Origin: an uncultured Bacteroidota bacterium
GTDB taxonomy: Bacteria > Bacteroidota > Ignavibacteria > UBA10030 > UBA6906
Length of the DNA: 64,000 bases
Direction of reading: 5' to 3'
Assembly (NCBI GenBank): GCA_963700635.1
Contig: CAVOYH010000006.1
Location: forward strand, 64,001 to 128,000
Shown here: one piece after another, positions 41,881 to 50,815 of the stretch
Position numbering within the stretch: the stretch's first letter is position 1
Layout of the letters: every line of letters starts with the position of its first letter
Notes under the pieces: generated by a model
Databases searched by the model: none
The model's input: only the letters and a program-made list of their open reading frames with translations
What the model was told of the DNA's origin: nothing
Position numbers and translations under genes: made by a program

Positions 41881-42870
41881 ATGTGGAAACGTATGCGGAT
41901 TACGGCCGGTATTCTTGTCTTCTGCCTGGTTGCCGGCTGTTCGCAGCAGAACCAAAATCAACAGGCCCATTCACCGTCACCTTCTCCTGTGCCTTCTGTG
42001 ACAAGCCAGATACCTTCAGTCCCGGTGTTCAGTGGAGAACGGGCTTTTTCGTACCTCCTCAAACAGACGTCCCACGGCCCGCGTAATCCAAACTCGGCAG
42101 GTCATGCTGCCTGCCGGAGTTATCTCATTACAACACTCCGGATGGTTGCCGACGATGTCCGGCTCCAGGAATTCGCCTCCGAGGGATACGATGGCGAAAC
42201 CCTGCACCTCACAAATATCATCGCCTCCTTTCGCCCGGAGATAAAGACCCGGTTGCTGCTCTGTGCCCATTGGGACACGCGCCCGAGGGCGGAACATGAT
42301 GAAAACAGGTCACGCCGTAATGAGCCGATTCTGGGGGCCAATGACGGTGCGAGCGGCGTTGCAGTCCTTCTTGAACTTGCGTCCCTCCTCCATAAGAACC
42401 CGCCCCCCGTGGGCGTGGATATTGTATTGTTCGACGGAGAAGATTACGGCAAGGAACACGACTACCAGCGGTATCTTATCGGATCACGCTACTTCGCCCG
42501 AACGAAGCCGGCGGACTACGTACCACGGTTCGGCATCTTGCTGGATATGGTCGGGGATTCGTACCTCGAAATCCCGAAGGAAGGAAATTCCGCGAAGTTC
42601 GCACCTGACATAGTCTCCCTCGTCTGGTCCACTGCCCGGGAGCTGGGCCTGAGGCAGTTTGTGGACGAACCCGGAGAGGAGATACTGGACGACCACGTAC
42701 CGCTGAATGAGGCGGGCATAAAGACCATCAATATTATCGATTTTAACTACCCGGACCAGACACACCGCTACTGGCACACGCACCAGGACACTCCCGAACA
42801 CTGCAGCGGGGAAAGCCTGGAAGCGGTCGGCACGGTGGTCACACATGTCGTGTACCGGCAGGGGATGTAG
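41881..42870 (+). CDS. M28-fold lipoprotein, glutaminyl cyclase-like
   Basis: Lipobox VAGC; HWDTRP, GANDGASG, DGEDYG, LDMVG, DDHVP, WHT. Confidence 0.8.
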   Translation: MWKRMRITAGILVFCLVAGCSQQNQNQQAHSPSPSPVPSVTSQIPSVPVFSGERAFSYLLKQTSHGPRNPNSAGHAACRSYLITTLRMVADDVRLQEFASEGYDGETLHLTNIIASFRPEIKTRLLLCAHWDTRPRAEHDENRSRRNEPILGANDGASGVAVLLELASLLHKNPPPVGVDIVLFDGEDYGKEHDYQRYLIGSRYFARTKPADYVPRFGILLDMVGDSYLEIPKEGNSAKFAPDIVSLVWSTARELGLRQFVDEPGEEILDDHVPLNEAGIKTINIIDFNYPDQTHRYWHTHQDTPEHCSGESLEAVGTVVTHVVYRQGM

Positions 42871-42871
42871 C

Positions 42872-43714
42872 ATGATCGAGATAGCGATCCGCGCTACGGA
42901 AGAACTGCGGAACCAGCTCGTTGCACTGCTCGGTCAGCTTGGCGTGGAAGGATTCTGGGAAGATGACGACGTGCTGAAGTGTTATATTCCCGAACAACGG
43001 TGGTCGCGTGAGCTGCAGGAGGAAGTCCGCGCCGTGGTGGCCATGGTCGTGCGCTCAAGCACACAACCCCTGCCCGATATCCGCATCCAGTCCCTCCCCG
43101 ACCGAAACTGGAACGAAGAGTGGGAAAAGACCATCCAGCCCCTGCATGTAACTTCCCGGATCGTCATCACCCCGTCATGGCATGCCTACCAGGCAGCGGC
43201 CGGAGAGATCGTGCTGACGATTGATCCAAAAATGTCGTTCGGAACTGGATATCACGAGAGCACACGTTTGATACTGAAGCTGCTGGAACAGCATGTCCGT
43301 CCAGGCAATACCGTGCTCGACGTCGGGACCGGCACCGGGGTCCTGGCCATCGCGGCACTCCGACTCGGCGCGGCCAATGCCATTGCACTTGACATCGACG
43401 AGTGGTCGTATAACAACGCGCTGGAAAATGCCCATCTTAACGGTGTCAGCGATCGCCTGACGATTCTCCACGGCGACATCACGTCATCCCCTTCCCTTCT
43501 CCACGACCTTGTCGTCGCCAACATTCAACGAACCGTACTGATTCCTTTGCTTCCGGCATTGCGGTCGCGGTTAAAACCAAACGGGATGCTTCTCCTGGCC
43601 GGACTGCTCCAGCCTGACCGGGAGGGGATGGTCACCGCACTTGGTGAGGCAGGGTTTACTCTTCGCGAGGAGGTTGCGGAGAATGAATGGATTGCCCTCT
43701 CCGCGATACTCTAG
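42872..43714 (+). CDS. prmA: Ribosomal protein L11 methyltransferase
   Basis: NWNEEW, IDPKMSFGTGYHEST, LDVGTGTGVLAI, VANI. Confidence 0.93.
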   Translation: MIEIAIRATEELRNQLVALLGQLGVEGFWEDDDVLKCYIPEQRWSRELQEEVRAVVAMVVRSSTQPLPDIRIQSLPDRNWNEEWEKTIQPLHVTSRIVITPSWHAYQAAAGEIVLTIDPKMSFGTGYHESTRLILKLLEQHVRPGNTVLDVGTGTGVLAIAALRLGAANAIALDIDEWSYNNALENAHLNGVSDRLTILHGDITSSPSLLHDLVVANIQRTVLIPLLPALRSRLKPNGMLLLAGLLQPDREGMVTALGEAGFTLREEVAENEWIALSAIL

Positions 43715-44867
43715 TTCCGGTCATACGTTCTACGATGCGGCGCACTGCATCAACAACCACAGGCACGTTCTCCTCCGTATTCCTCCGGCCAAACGAAAAA
43801 CGAATGGTGGCCCTGGCAGTTCCTTCGTCCCTCCCCATGGCCAGCAGGACGTGGGAGGGCTGGACACTTCCCGATGTACACGCGGAGCCGCTGGAGACGG
43901 CGATCCCTTCAAGATCCAGATTTGTCACAAGCATCTCACCTTCCATGGGCATCACAGCGGCATCAAAGGAAATACTCAGAAGCTGCGGCAACCGGTGCCC
44001 GGGATGCCCGTTGATGAGTACACCCGGAAACATTCTCTGCAGTTCCAGTTGCAGGGCGTCACGCAGGCGCTGCAGACGCAACATTTCCTGTTCCCTCTCC
44101 TCCAGCACGATCTGTACCGTGGCAGCAAAACCGACCGCAAGCGCGACGTTTTCCGTGCCCGGCCGTTTCCCCCGTTCCTGACCGCCGCCATAAAAAACCG
44201 GGTCCCACTCCATGTCACGGCTGATGTACAATGCGCCGATCCCTTTGGGACCATAGATTTTGTGTGCTGTCAGTGTCAGGAATTGTACTCCCAGATCATC
44301 CACCTGGACCGGAATCTTGCCGATGGATTGCACCGCATCAGTGTGTACGGCCACACCGCGCGCGCGGGTTACACGTGTGATATCCTGGATAGGCTGAATC
44401 GTTCCGGTTTCGTTGTTTGCGTGCATCACCGAGACGAGTGCGGTTTCGGGTCTCAACACATGCTCCACCTGCCCTGGTGCCAGACGTCCGTCAGCGTCGA
44501 CGTCCAGAACGGTCAGGGAAATCCCCTCGTTCTGCATGTGCTGACACGGATCCAGAACAGCATGATGCTCGGCGGCGTTCGTAACCAGGTGCGTCTTGTT
44601 GTTCCTGCGGGCTGCCTTAAGTGCCCCCAGGATCGCCAGGTTGTTCGCTTCTGTCCCGCCGCTGGTGAAAAAGAGCTCTGCCGGTTTTGCCCCGATAGCC
44701 TGCGCGATGACTGTACGTGCCTCTTCAAGCGCATCCTTTGCCCTTCTCCCATACCAGTGGGCGGACGATGCGTTGCCAAACACCTCGGTCAGGTAGGGCA
44801 ACATCGTATCCAGAACGCGGGGATCAAGCGGCGTTGTGGCGGTATGATCAAGATAGATTCGGTCCAT
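43656..44867 (-). CDS. Cysteine desulfurase (IscS/NifS family)
   Basis: IYLDHTATTP, FTSGGTE, HANNETG, HKIYGPKG, SSGSACTS. The 3' end overlaps prmA convergently by 59 nt. Confidence 0.93.
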   Translation of the reverse strand: MDRIYLDHTATTPLDPRVLDTMLPYLTEVFGNASSAHWYGRRAKDALEEARTVIAQAIGAKPAELFFTSGGTEANNLAILGALKAARRNNKTHLVTNAAEHHAVLDPCQHMQNEGISLTVLDVDADGRLAPGQVEHVLRPETALVSVMHANNETGTIQPIQDITRVTRARGVAVHTDAVQSIGKIPVQVDDLGVQFLTLTAHKIYGPKGIGALYISRDMEWDPVFYGGGQERGKRPGTENVALAVGFAATVQIVLEEREQEMLRLQRLRDALQLELQRMFPGVLINGHPGHRLPQLLSISFDAAVMPMEGEMLVTNLDLEGIAVSSGSACTSGSVQPSHVLLAMGRDEGTARATIRFSFGRRNTEENVPVVVDAVRRIVERMTGTRVSRRGQSIHSPQPPREE

Positions 44868-44947
44868 AGACAAAATGCTCGTGTAATCCCGAACATCGCA
44901 CACAACAGGAGAGTTCCTGGAGGGTGCGGGCTGGTCCGGTGACACCT

Positions 44948-47089
44948 TTATCGAAGCAGCACCATGGTCCGGCTTACGCTGCCTGCCATGTGGGTGACGC
45001 GGTACACATACACCCCAGCGGACACGTCGTGCCGCTGCTCGTCCCTGCCATCCCAGACAATTGAGTGCACGCCGGACGGAAGACTCGTATTCAGAAGAGT
45101 GCGAAGACGTTTCCCGAGCAGATCAAAGACCTCCACGGATGTCCACCCTTCCGAAGAAATGAAGAACTGTATGGTGGTGTGGGGATTAAACGGATTGGGG
45201 AAGTTGGTTGCGTGTGTGCCATACGCCGGGGCTGAAGTGGGTCCATCGTGTCGGATGGCCGTACTTGTCGAGACTCGGACACTGTGCGCATTGGACCATG
45301 TGGAATATTTCCCCTGGTTGTCCCGGACGCGCACACGGAACCGGACGACGTCTGTCCCTGCTGAATCATAAGGAAGAGCCGAGTCACTCCAGCTGGTCGC
45401 CGGTCCGCTGTACACCGGCACCCAGTTGCCGGTACCACCCGTACTCCGTTCGAGCTCCGAACCGGTTACATCTGCTTCGAGAGCCTGGCCCTGAGCCCAC
45501 TGACTTCCCCAGGCAAGCGCAATCGTTCCCGCCGGAGTGGTCCCCCCGGCAGGAGAAACTCCAAGAAACCGGCGCGCGGGCGCCAGAAGTTGGGGGTCCA
45601 GCGGAATTGTGAGCGTGAGAACACCGTTCAGCTCCTCCACGACTTCATACGCAAACGGTGTGGGAACAGCGGACCAGGTTGAGCTCGCGGGGTTGCTGTA
45701 TGGCGAAAAAACACGGACTCTGCTGGTATCAAAGGCACCGTAGAATTTCTCCCCCGCAAAGAATTTTCCACATGTGATCTCCCCTTCCGGGCCCCGCAGC
45801 GCCAGCATCCAGTTCAGCAGGCTTTTTGGTGAGACAAGTTGGTCACGATGAGACCGACCGGCGGAAATCCAGGGCCATCCCCGTGAGAACACGGGAACCG
45901 CTGTTCCAAAACACGACGTTGACGCCGTCTCCACACCCCACTCCCATTTCCCGTCGGCTGGCAGGATGCGTACATTGTCCATTTCGCTGTACGGGCCTTG
46001 CTGATGCAGCACCCAGAGACCCCGGTCAAGGGGATTGGAAGTAACATCATCCAGGTTCGACAGATGCTGGTGGTTTTCCAGGTAGAAATATTCAAAGGGT
46101 TCCCCGTTGATCGGGTGATACTTCCCTGCATCGCCGGTTGTTACAAAGTCGCCGAGGGTGACGGTAGATCCTGATTCGAGAAGTCTCGGCGTTATCCACC
46201 CGAGTTGTTCCCTGTCGTAGGCGTTGGCGCAGGAGGAGGCCCGTTGACTGGGGCAGAGAATCCCCCAGAATTGAAACTTTCCATCGGGTTTGAGCCCGTT
46301 GTACGGGTGGAAGGACCCCAGCAGCCAGTGGCCCACTTCGTGCACCATGGTGCGCATCACACGCTGTGGATCGTCACCGTACGGATACACACAGGTGACT
46401 CCGGAACCGGCAGGAAAAGGAAGGTACGCGGGGTATCCCATTTCCACGCGCCTTCCGTCCAAAAGGAGCGCGGGTTTGTACCCCAGAGAGGCTTCACCGA
46501 GAAACTCGAATATGGTGGTCCGCCACACCACAATGATCATGTCCACAACACCGTCAGGCGTGTTCACATGACTGTAATTACCCAGACGCGACCAGTTGTC
46601 GTACAATGAAAAATCCACCAGGGAATCCACCCGGTCCGGGAGCAGATCCATGTTGGCATGGCCGTGGGAGCCGCTGTTCCGGTACTCCTCCTGCGAATGG
46701 CGGGTCTCAACCCAGATCGCTTCACCCACAACAAGAAATTTTCCGAGAGACATCTGGCGGAAGTAGTGGGTGAGGTTAAACGGGTCCGATGAGAGTGTTG
46801 ATGTATCCGGATCGACAAACCGTTCCATGAACAGCGGGGGCTGGTGGGCGGGCCAGTAGGGATGGTATATTTCGTCGTCCGGAAAACTCGCAAACACCAC
46901 CAGCACGCGGAGCACACCTTCTGCGGACAGGTAGATCCCGCCGGTCCCGGTTGCGGGCCGGAAACTTTCAGAGAGTCCCACGGTTCCACAACGCTGGATC
47001 GCCGGATGGTCTCCTGCGAACAGCCCGTTCCCTGCAATCCAGAAACACATCACGGCAAGTCCTAACCGGCACACGGCTGTATCCTTCAC
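44948..47089 (-). CDS. Secreted M6/immune-inhibitor-A-like metalloprotease with T9SS C-terminal domain
   Basis: RVLVVFASFPD, HEVGHWLLGSFH (HExxHxxxGxxH), EYFYLEN; NFPNPFN...WDGRD...AGVYVYR tail. Confidence 0.7.
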   Translation of the reverse strand: MKDTAVCRLGLAVMCFWIAGNGLFAGDHPAIQRCGTVGLSESFRPATGTGGIYLSAEGVLRVLVVFASFPDDEIYHPYWPAHQPPLFMERFVDPDTSTLSSDPFNLTHYFRQMSLGKFLVVGEAIWVETRHSQEEYRNSGSHGHANMDLLPDRVDSLVDFSLYDNWSRLGNYSHVNTPDGVVDMIIVVWRTTIFEFLGEASLGYKPALLLDGRRVEMGYPAYLPFPAGSGVTCVYPYGDDPQRVMRTMVHEVGHWLLGSFHPYNGLKPDGKFQFWGILCPSQRASSCANAYDREQLGWITPRLLESGSTVTLGDFVTTGDAGKYHPINGEPFEYFYLENHQHLSNLDDVTSNPLDRGLWVLHQQGPYSEMDNVRILPADGKWEWGVETASTSCFGTAVPVFSRGWPWISAGRSHRDQLVSPKSLLNWMLALRGPEGEITCGKFFAGEKFYGAFDTSRVRVFSPYSNPASSTWSAVPTPFAYEVVEELNGVLTLTIPLDPQLLAPARRFLGVSPAGGTTPAGTIALAWGSQWAQGQALEADVTGSELERSTGGTGNWVPVYSGPATSWSDSALPYDSAGTDVVRFRVRVRDNQGKYSTWSNAHSVRVSTSTAIRHDGPTSAPAYGTHATNFPNPFNPHTTIQFFISSEGWTSVEVFDLLGKRLRTLLNTSLPSGVHSIVWDGRDEQRHDVSAGVYVYRVTHMAGSVSRTMVLLR

Positions 47090-47090
47090 G

Positions 47091-47131
47091 AAAAGGAAGA
47101 GGCAGACGGCCTGACGCCGCCTGCCTCTTCC
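47091..47131 (-). terminator. Intrinsic terminator after the multiheme cytochrome gene
   Basis: GGAAGAGGCAG...CTGCCTCTTCC 11-bp stem followed by TTTT on the minus strand. Confidence 0.7.
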
Positions 47132-47160
47132 GGAGGTTCTACGAATATCTGGACCCCGGA

Positions 47161-49299
47161 TTACTTCATGAGGACCATTTTCTTCGCGGTTACGAAGTCA
47201 CCTGCGGCCAGACGATAGAGATAAACGCCGCTGGCAACCTTGTTGCCCAACAGATTGGTGCCATCCCAGTTGACCTGCATGTTGCCGGTCCGGACGGACT
47301 GGTCAACAAGAGTCTTCACCAGGGCACCGGTGACGTCAAACACCTGCAACAGGACGTGTGCGTCTTTCGGCAGCGAGAAGCTGATGCTGGTCGTCGGGTT
47401 GAAGGGGTTCGGATAGTTCTGATTCAACGCAAATTCAGTCGGCATACCCGGTGTCTGTTCGACATCCAGCGGAGTCCAGCCAAGGGTCTTATAGAGCAAC
47501 CGGACCGCGTACTTCGTGTTGTGCACACCGTAGGAACGGTCATACTTCACAAAGTAGTAGTTCCAGATACCCTGGATAAGATCCGGACGGTTTTTCACCG
47601 CGAGGCTGTCTACGCGCATCGTAACCGGTTCGCCGGCAGTATCAAGCGGCAGTCTGGCTTTCAGGACGTCAAGCAGACCATGGATTTCTGTCTGTACGCC
47701 TTCGATCTGTCCGTTCCGGTCAAAATCATACAACGCGCGGACATCGTCAAATTCGTCGATTTCACCATGGCACGGAGCACACACATCGGTCGGCTTGTAC
47801 ACGCCGGTGGCAAACATCGTGTCGCTCATGCTGAACGAGTGGTTGGCAAGCTTGTTTGCGCCGCCATCCAGACGATTCGTGCGTTTCTGCATGTGGCACC
47901 CGACGCACCCGCCTTCGACTCCACCGTGGCTCATCATTCCGGTGAAGCTCTCATCACCATATTGATATGCGCCCGAACCGAACAGCATGTCGCCCTGGGC
48001 GTTGTAGTGCGGATAGAAGCGGTCCGCCCATCCGTAGTATGGCGCAACGGTCGTGATGCGGCTCTTCACAGCGTACCGGCCACCGTGGCAGTTAAGACAG
48101 ATGTTCCCTGTAGAGGAACGGTACTGGGCAGGAAGGATATAGCCGTTTTTCAACGAATCACCCTTCACGGTCATGGTGCGGAGCGCATACGGATTGTTGT
48201 TTCCGTGCGAGTCGTGGCAGACCTGGCAGCTGATCGGGGTAGCCGCATCGCGTGCCGTGTTCCAGTTCGCCCCGTTGCCCGTCGTGTCCTGGTTGTTGTT
48301 GATGAAGTACATGTAGCCCGCGCCGGCGTGGCAGGGCATACATGTGGCACGGCCGGCGCTAACGCCATAGTGCATCTGGTAGTGTCCGGAATTCGCATAG
48401 AAGGTACCCAGGCTGTGACGGCGTGAACCGTCGTGGCACTGGTTGCACATGTCTGGTTGAATGCTGAGACCGGCCTTTTTCTTGTCAGCCGTCATCTTGT
48501 GATCAGCCATCGGTCCGTGGCACTGTTCGCAACCGATGTTCGCCTGCATCTTTTCGTCGGCTGTGAGCATATTCCACTTGGAGCTGTCACCCGTGGTGAT
48601 CCAGTAATCGCCCGCGAATAATTCAAGACCCTGGTACCAGGTGGTGTCAAAGCCCGACTGTTTTACCTTATAGCCGAAGTTGTTGTTGCTGGCAGTCGGA
48701 TCCCAACCGGTGGTGTGGCATTTGATGCAGCCTCCTGCGTACGCACCTTTGCCGCGTTCCATTTCCAGTTTTCCCGTCATCCCACGGAGGAACATGCTGC
48801 CGTGAATCGATTTTTCCCATGATGTCTTGATGGCGGTAGCCGAGGCGTGGCAGAAACAACCGGCATTGGCAGCTGTCGTGACGCCGACATACGTGCTGGC
48901 AAAGACGGTATCGCTGGCGGACTTGGCACCGACAGTTCCGGTCACGATATATTCGCCGACAACATCGGGCTTGAAGCTGTTGATCCACTTTCCATCGGCG
49001 CTGTCAAGCGTGGCGGTCGAACCGGCCGGCTTGGCCGTCAAGACCCACGCCGGTGTTCCTACCGCACCTGAGCCGAGGGTGTCAGCTTTAAAATATGTTC
49101 TGCTCTGGAGACCGACTGCACGCAGACCTGTGGCGATATTCCAGGCCGGGGCAGGCGAACCCTTGACCGGCTGGGTCATGCTGTTTAATGACCGGCCGAT
49201 CGTTTTCACCTTGATGTTCTGCGCCGACGCGTCAAACGACGGCGCGAGCAGCAGCGAGGCGATCAATAACACGCCGAAAACAGGAATCAAACGCTTCAT
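47161..49299 (-). CDS. Multiheme cytochrome c (8 CxxCH + 1 CxCH) with signal peptide, Ig/PKD-like N-domain and T9SS C-terminal sorting domain
   Basis: CIKCH, CEQCH, CNQCH, CMPCH, CQVCH, CLNCH, CVGCH, CAPCH and CFCH; DRSYGVHN; QNYPNPFNP...ASGVYLYRL...KKMVLMK. Confidence 0.92.
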   Translation of the reverse strand: MKRLIPVFGVLLIASLLLAPSFDASAQNIKVKTIGRSLNSMTQPVKGSPAPAWNIATGLRAVGLQSRTYFKADTLGSGAVGTPAWVLTAKPAGSTATLDSADGKWINSFKPDVVGEYIVTGTVGAKSASDTVFASTYVGVTTAANAGCFCHASATAIKTSWEKSIHGSMFLRGMTGKLEMERGKGAYAGGCIKCHTTGWDPTASNNNFGYKVKQSGFDTTWYQGLELFAGDYWITTGDSSKWNMLTADEKMQANIGCEQCHGPMADHKMTADKKKAGLSIQPDMCNQCHDGSRRHSLGTFYANSGHYQMHYGVSAGRATCMPCHAGAGYMYFINNNQDTTGNGANWNTARDAATPISCQVCHDSHGNNNPYALRTMTVKGDSLKNGYILPAQYRSSTGNICLNCHGGRYAVKSRITTVAPYYGWADRFYPHYNAQGDMLFGSGAYQYGDESFTGMMSHGGVEGGCVGCHMQKRTNRLDGGANKLANHSFSMSDTMFATGVYKPTDVCAPCHGEIDEFDDVRALYDFDRNGQIEGVQTEIHGLLDVLKARLPLDTAGEPVTMRVDSLAVKNRPDLIQGIWNYYFVKYDRSYGVHNTKYAVRLLYKTLGWTPLDVEQTPGMPTEFALNQNYPNPFNPTTSISFSLPKDAHVLLQVFDVTGALVKTLVDQSVRTGNMQVNWDGTNLLGNKVASGVYLYRLAAGDFVTAKKMVLMK

Positions 49300-49737
49300 G
49301 GCGTTTCCTCTCTTGTTATTTGTGTTGATGAAAATTGTTTGAGAAGACTCCATCCACGCTGTGCCGAAAGCTTCCCTTGGCCCTTCTGTATCTGGTTCCA
49401 GCCGCCCCGAACTTACAACGATGCGCCGAAGGGTATTTGTGGATAGAGTCTTCTCGGCTGGTTCAATTTCTGAAGGGTATTCGGAAAGAACGTGGATTTA
49501 GACACGCAAAGACGTCAAATGTGACGTCACCAGATATGCGTCAACTGCCATGCCACACGGCATGGTACTCTACGTTATGTAAAGTCGGCAAAAATATGCC
49601 AACTTTAGACGAAAATTGGGGTTGAGGAGACCTCTGGATAGGCAGTTATTGTCGAATATGTAGATATTTTCAACAGTCGAATTGACAGGTTTTTCACAAT
49701 TGGGAATCCATCACCCAAATTTAGGAATCTCCAGGCA

Positions 49738-49773
49738 CAAAAAAAGCGGATGATCAGCCACTTCATCCGCTTT
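49738..49773 (-). terminator. Intrinsic terminator after the Spy-like gene
   Basis: AAAGCGGATGA...TCATCCGCTTT stem with a T run on the minus strand. Confidence 0.7.
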
Positions 49774-49796
49774 CCAAAACGCACCCCGTATCCCGA

Positions 49797-50276
49797 TCAG
49801 GGCTCGTCCACTCTCATCCGTCGTTTCCGGGTTTCCCGGACCGCCTGCCTGAGTTCGTTTTCAAAGGCCCGCTCAAAGGTCAGAAGTTTGGCCCTTTGTG
49901 TCACCGTTAGGATGTCCGAAAGATTCGCAATAAACCTGGACTTCTCCGAAGCCATTTGTTCCTCAAGAATGATGACAGGGGGGAGAGCATTTTCAATCTC
50001 CTTTTCGTCAGCCTTCGCCTTTACCATCTGCTCAATCCGGTCAAGGGCTTCATGCTTCGCCCGCATACGATCTCTGCGCTGTTTGTCAAATTCGTTCAAC
50101 CGTGCAAAAAAACGTACTGACTGATCTTCCGTGAGGTTCAGTTCGTCAATCATCCTGACTTTGCGCAATTGGTCAACTCTTTCGAAGGGGCGCATTTCGA
50201 ACGCTCTGCCGGATTGCGCCACAGCCTGAACGGAAAATGCACCCAGCAAAAAAGCCACAACAACAAATGGTCTCAT
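49797..50276 (-). CDS. Periplasmic helical protein, Spy/CpxP-like
   Basis: Signal peptide ending AVA-Q; LNLTEDQ and ILTVTQ LTxxQ motifs. Confidence 0.7.
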   Translation of the reverse strand: MRPFVVVAFLLGAFSVQAVAQSGRAFEMRPFERVDQLRKVRMIDELNLTEDQSVRFFARLNEFDKQRRDRMRAKHEALDRIEQMVKAKADEKEIENALPPVIILEEQMASEKSRFIANLSDILTVTQRAKLLTFERAFENELRQAVRETRKRRMRVDEP

Positions 50277-50290
50277 ACTGCATTCCCCTC

Positions 50291-50815
50291 CTAGTTGATG
50301 TGTGCACTCAAAACGACAAGCACTTCCCGTAGCTCCTGGTCGGTCAGATCCTCCACAAGCATAGCCGTACCCGCATGTTCCAGGTAGTATTCACTTGCAA
50401 AATCGCCTGAAAACTGCAAAAAGTCTCCATCGACGGTGCCTGAAAAGGTCGTGTCATTTGACGTCAACGATGCCACATAGAGAGAGTCTACCGCCGAGGG
50501 GGGCAGGGCCATGGCCACTTCCTGCAGTGACTTTCCCGATCCTGCACGATCGGGGGCATAGTAGTGAAGCCCGATCAGGAATGAGAGAATTGCCACGACG
50601 CCGGGAATGGCGACGCGTGCCGCCCAGCTCAACGAGAGCGCCTTGCCGCTCGTCGCTTCATCCAGTGCCCTGTTCAGACGGATGGGAAGATTCTGCCAGT
50701 ATGCGGGATCCGGCGCATCCTGAGGCGGATCACCGGCGGCAAGCTCCCGGAGGGACTGATGAAGAGTTTCTTCCTCCTCATCAGTCGGCAGTCGTTTGTC
50801 AAACCGCAGTCGCAT
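50291..50815 (-). CDS. Putative membrane anti-sigma factor
   Basis: Overlaps the ECF sigma 3' end; PDPAYW motif followed by a single TM helix. Confidence 0.6.
   Translation of the reverse strand: MRLRFDKRLPTDEEEETLHQSLRELAAGDPPQDAPDPAYWQNLPIRLNRALDEATSGKALSLSWAARVAIPGVVAILSFLIGLHYYAPDRAGSGKSLQEVAMALPPSAVDSLYVASLTSNDTTFSGTVDGDFLQFSGDFASEYYLEHAGTAMLVEDLTDQELREVLVVLSAHIN

Noticed and set aside
43656-43714. 59-nt convergent overlap of prmA and the cysteine desulfurase
   Set aside because: A non-conserved C-terminal tail extension; common and not evidence of a system.
47161-49299. Calling the cytochrome NrfA or hydroxylamine oxidoreductase
   Set aside because: No CxxCK motif, no nrfH or partner genes, and a T9SS tail; only fold-level resemblance can be argued.
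49587-49602. Second sigma54 site TTGGCATATTTTTGCC upstream of the cytochrome
   Set aside because: GG-to-GC spacing is one base short of the strict -24/-12 requirement; treated as part of a palindrome instead.
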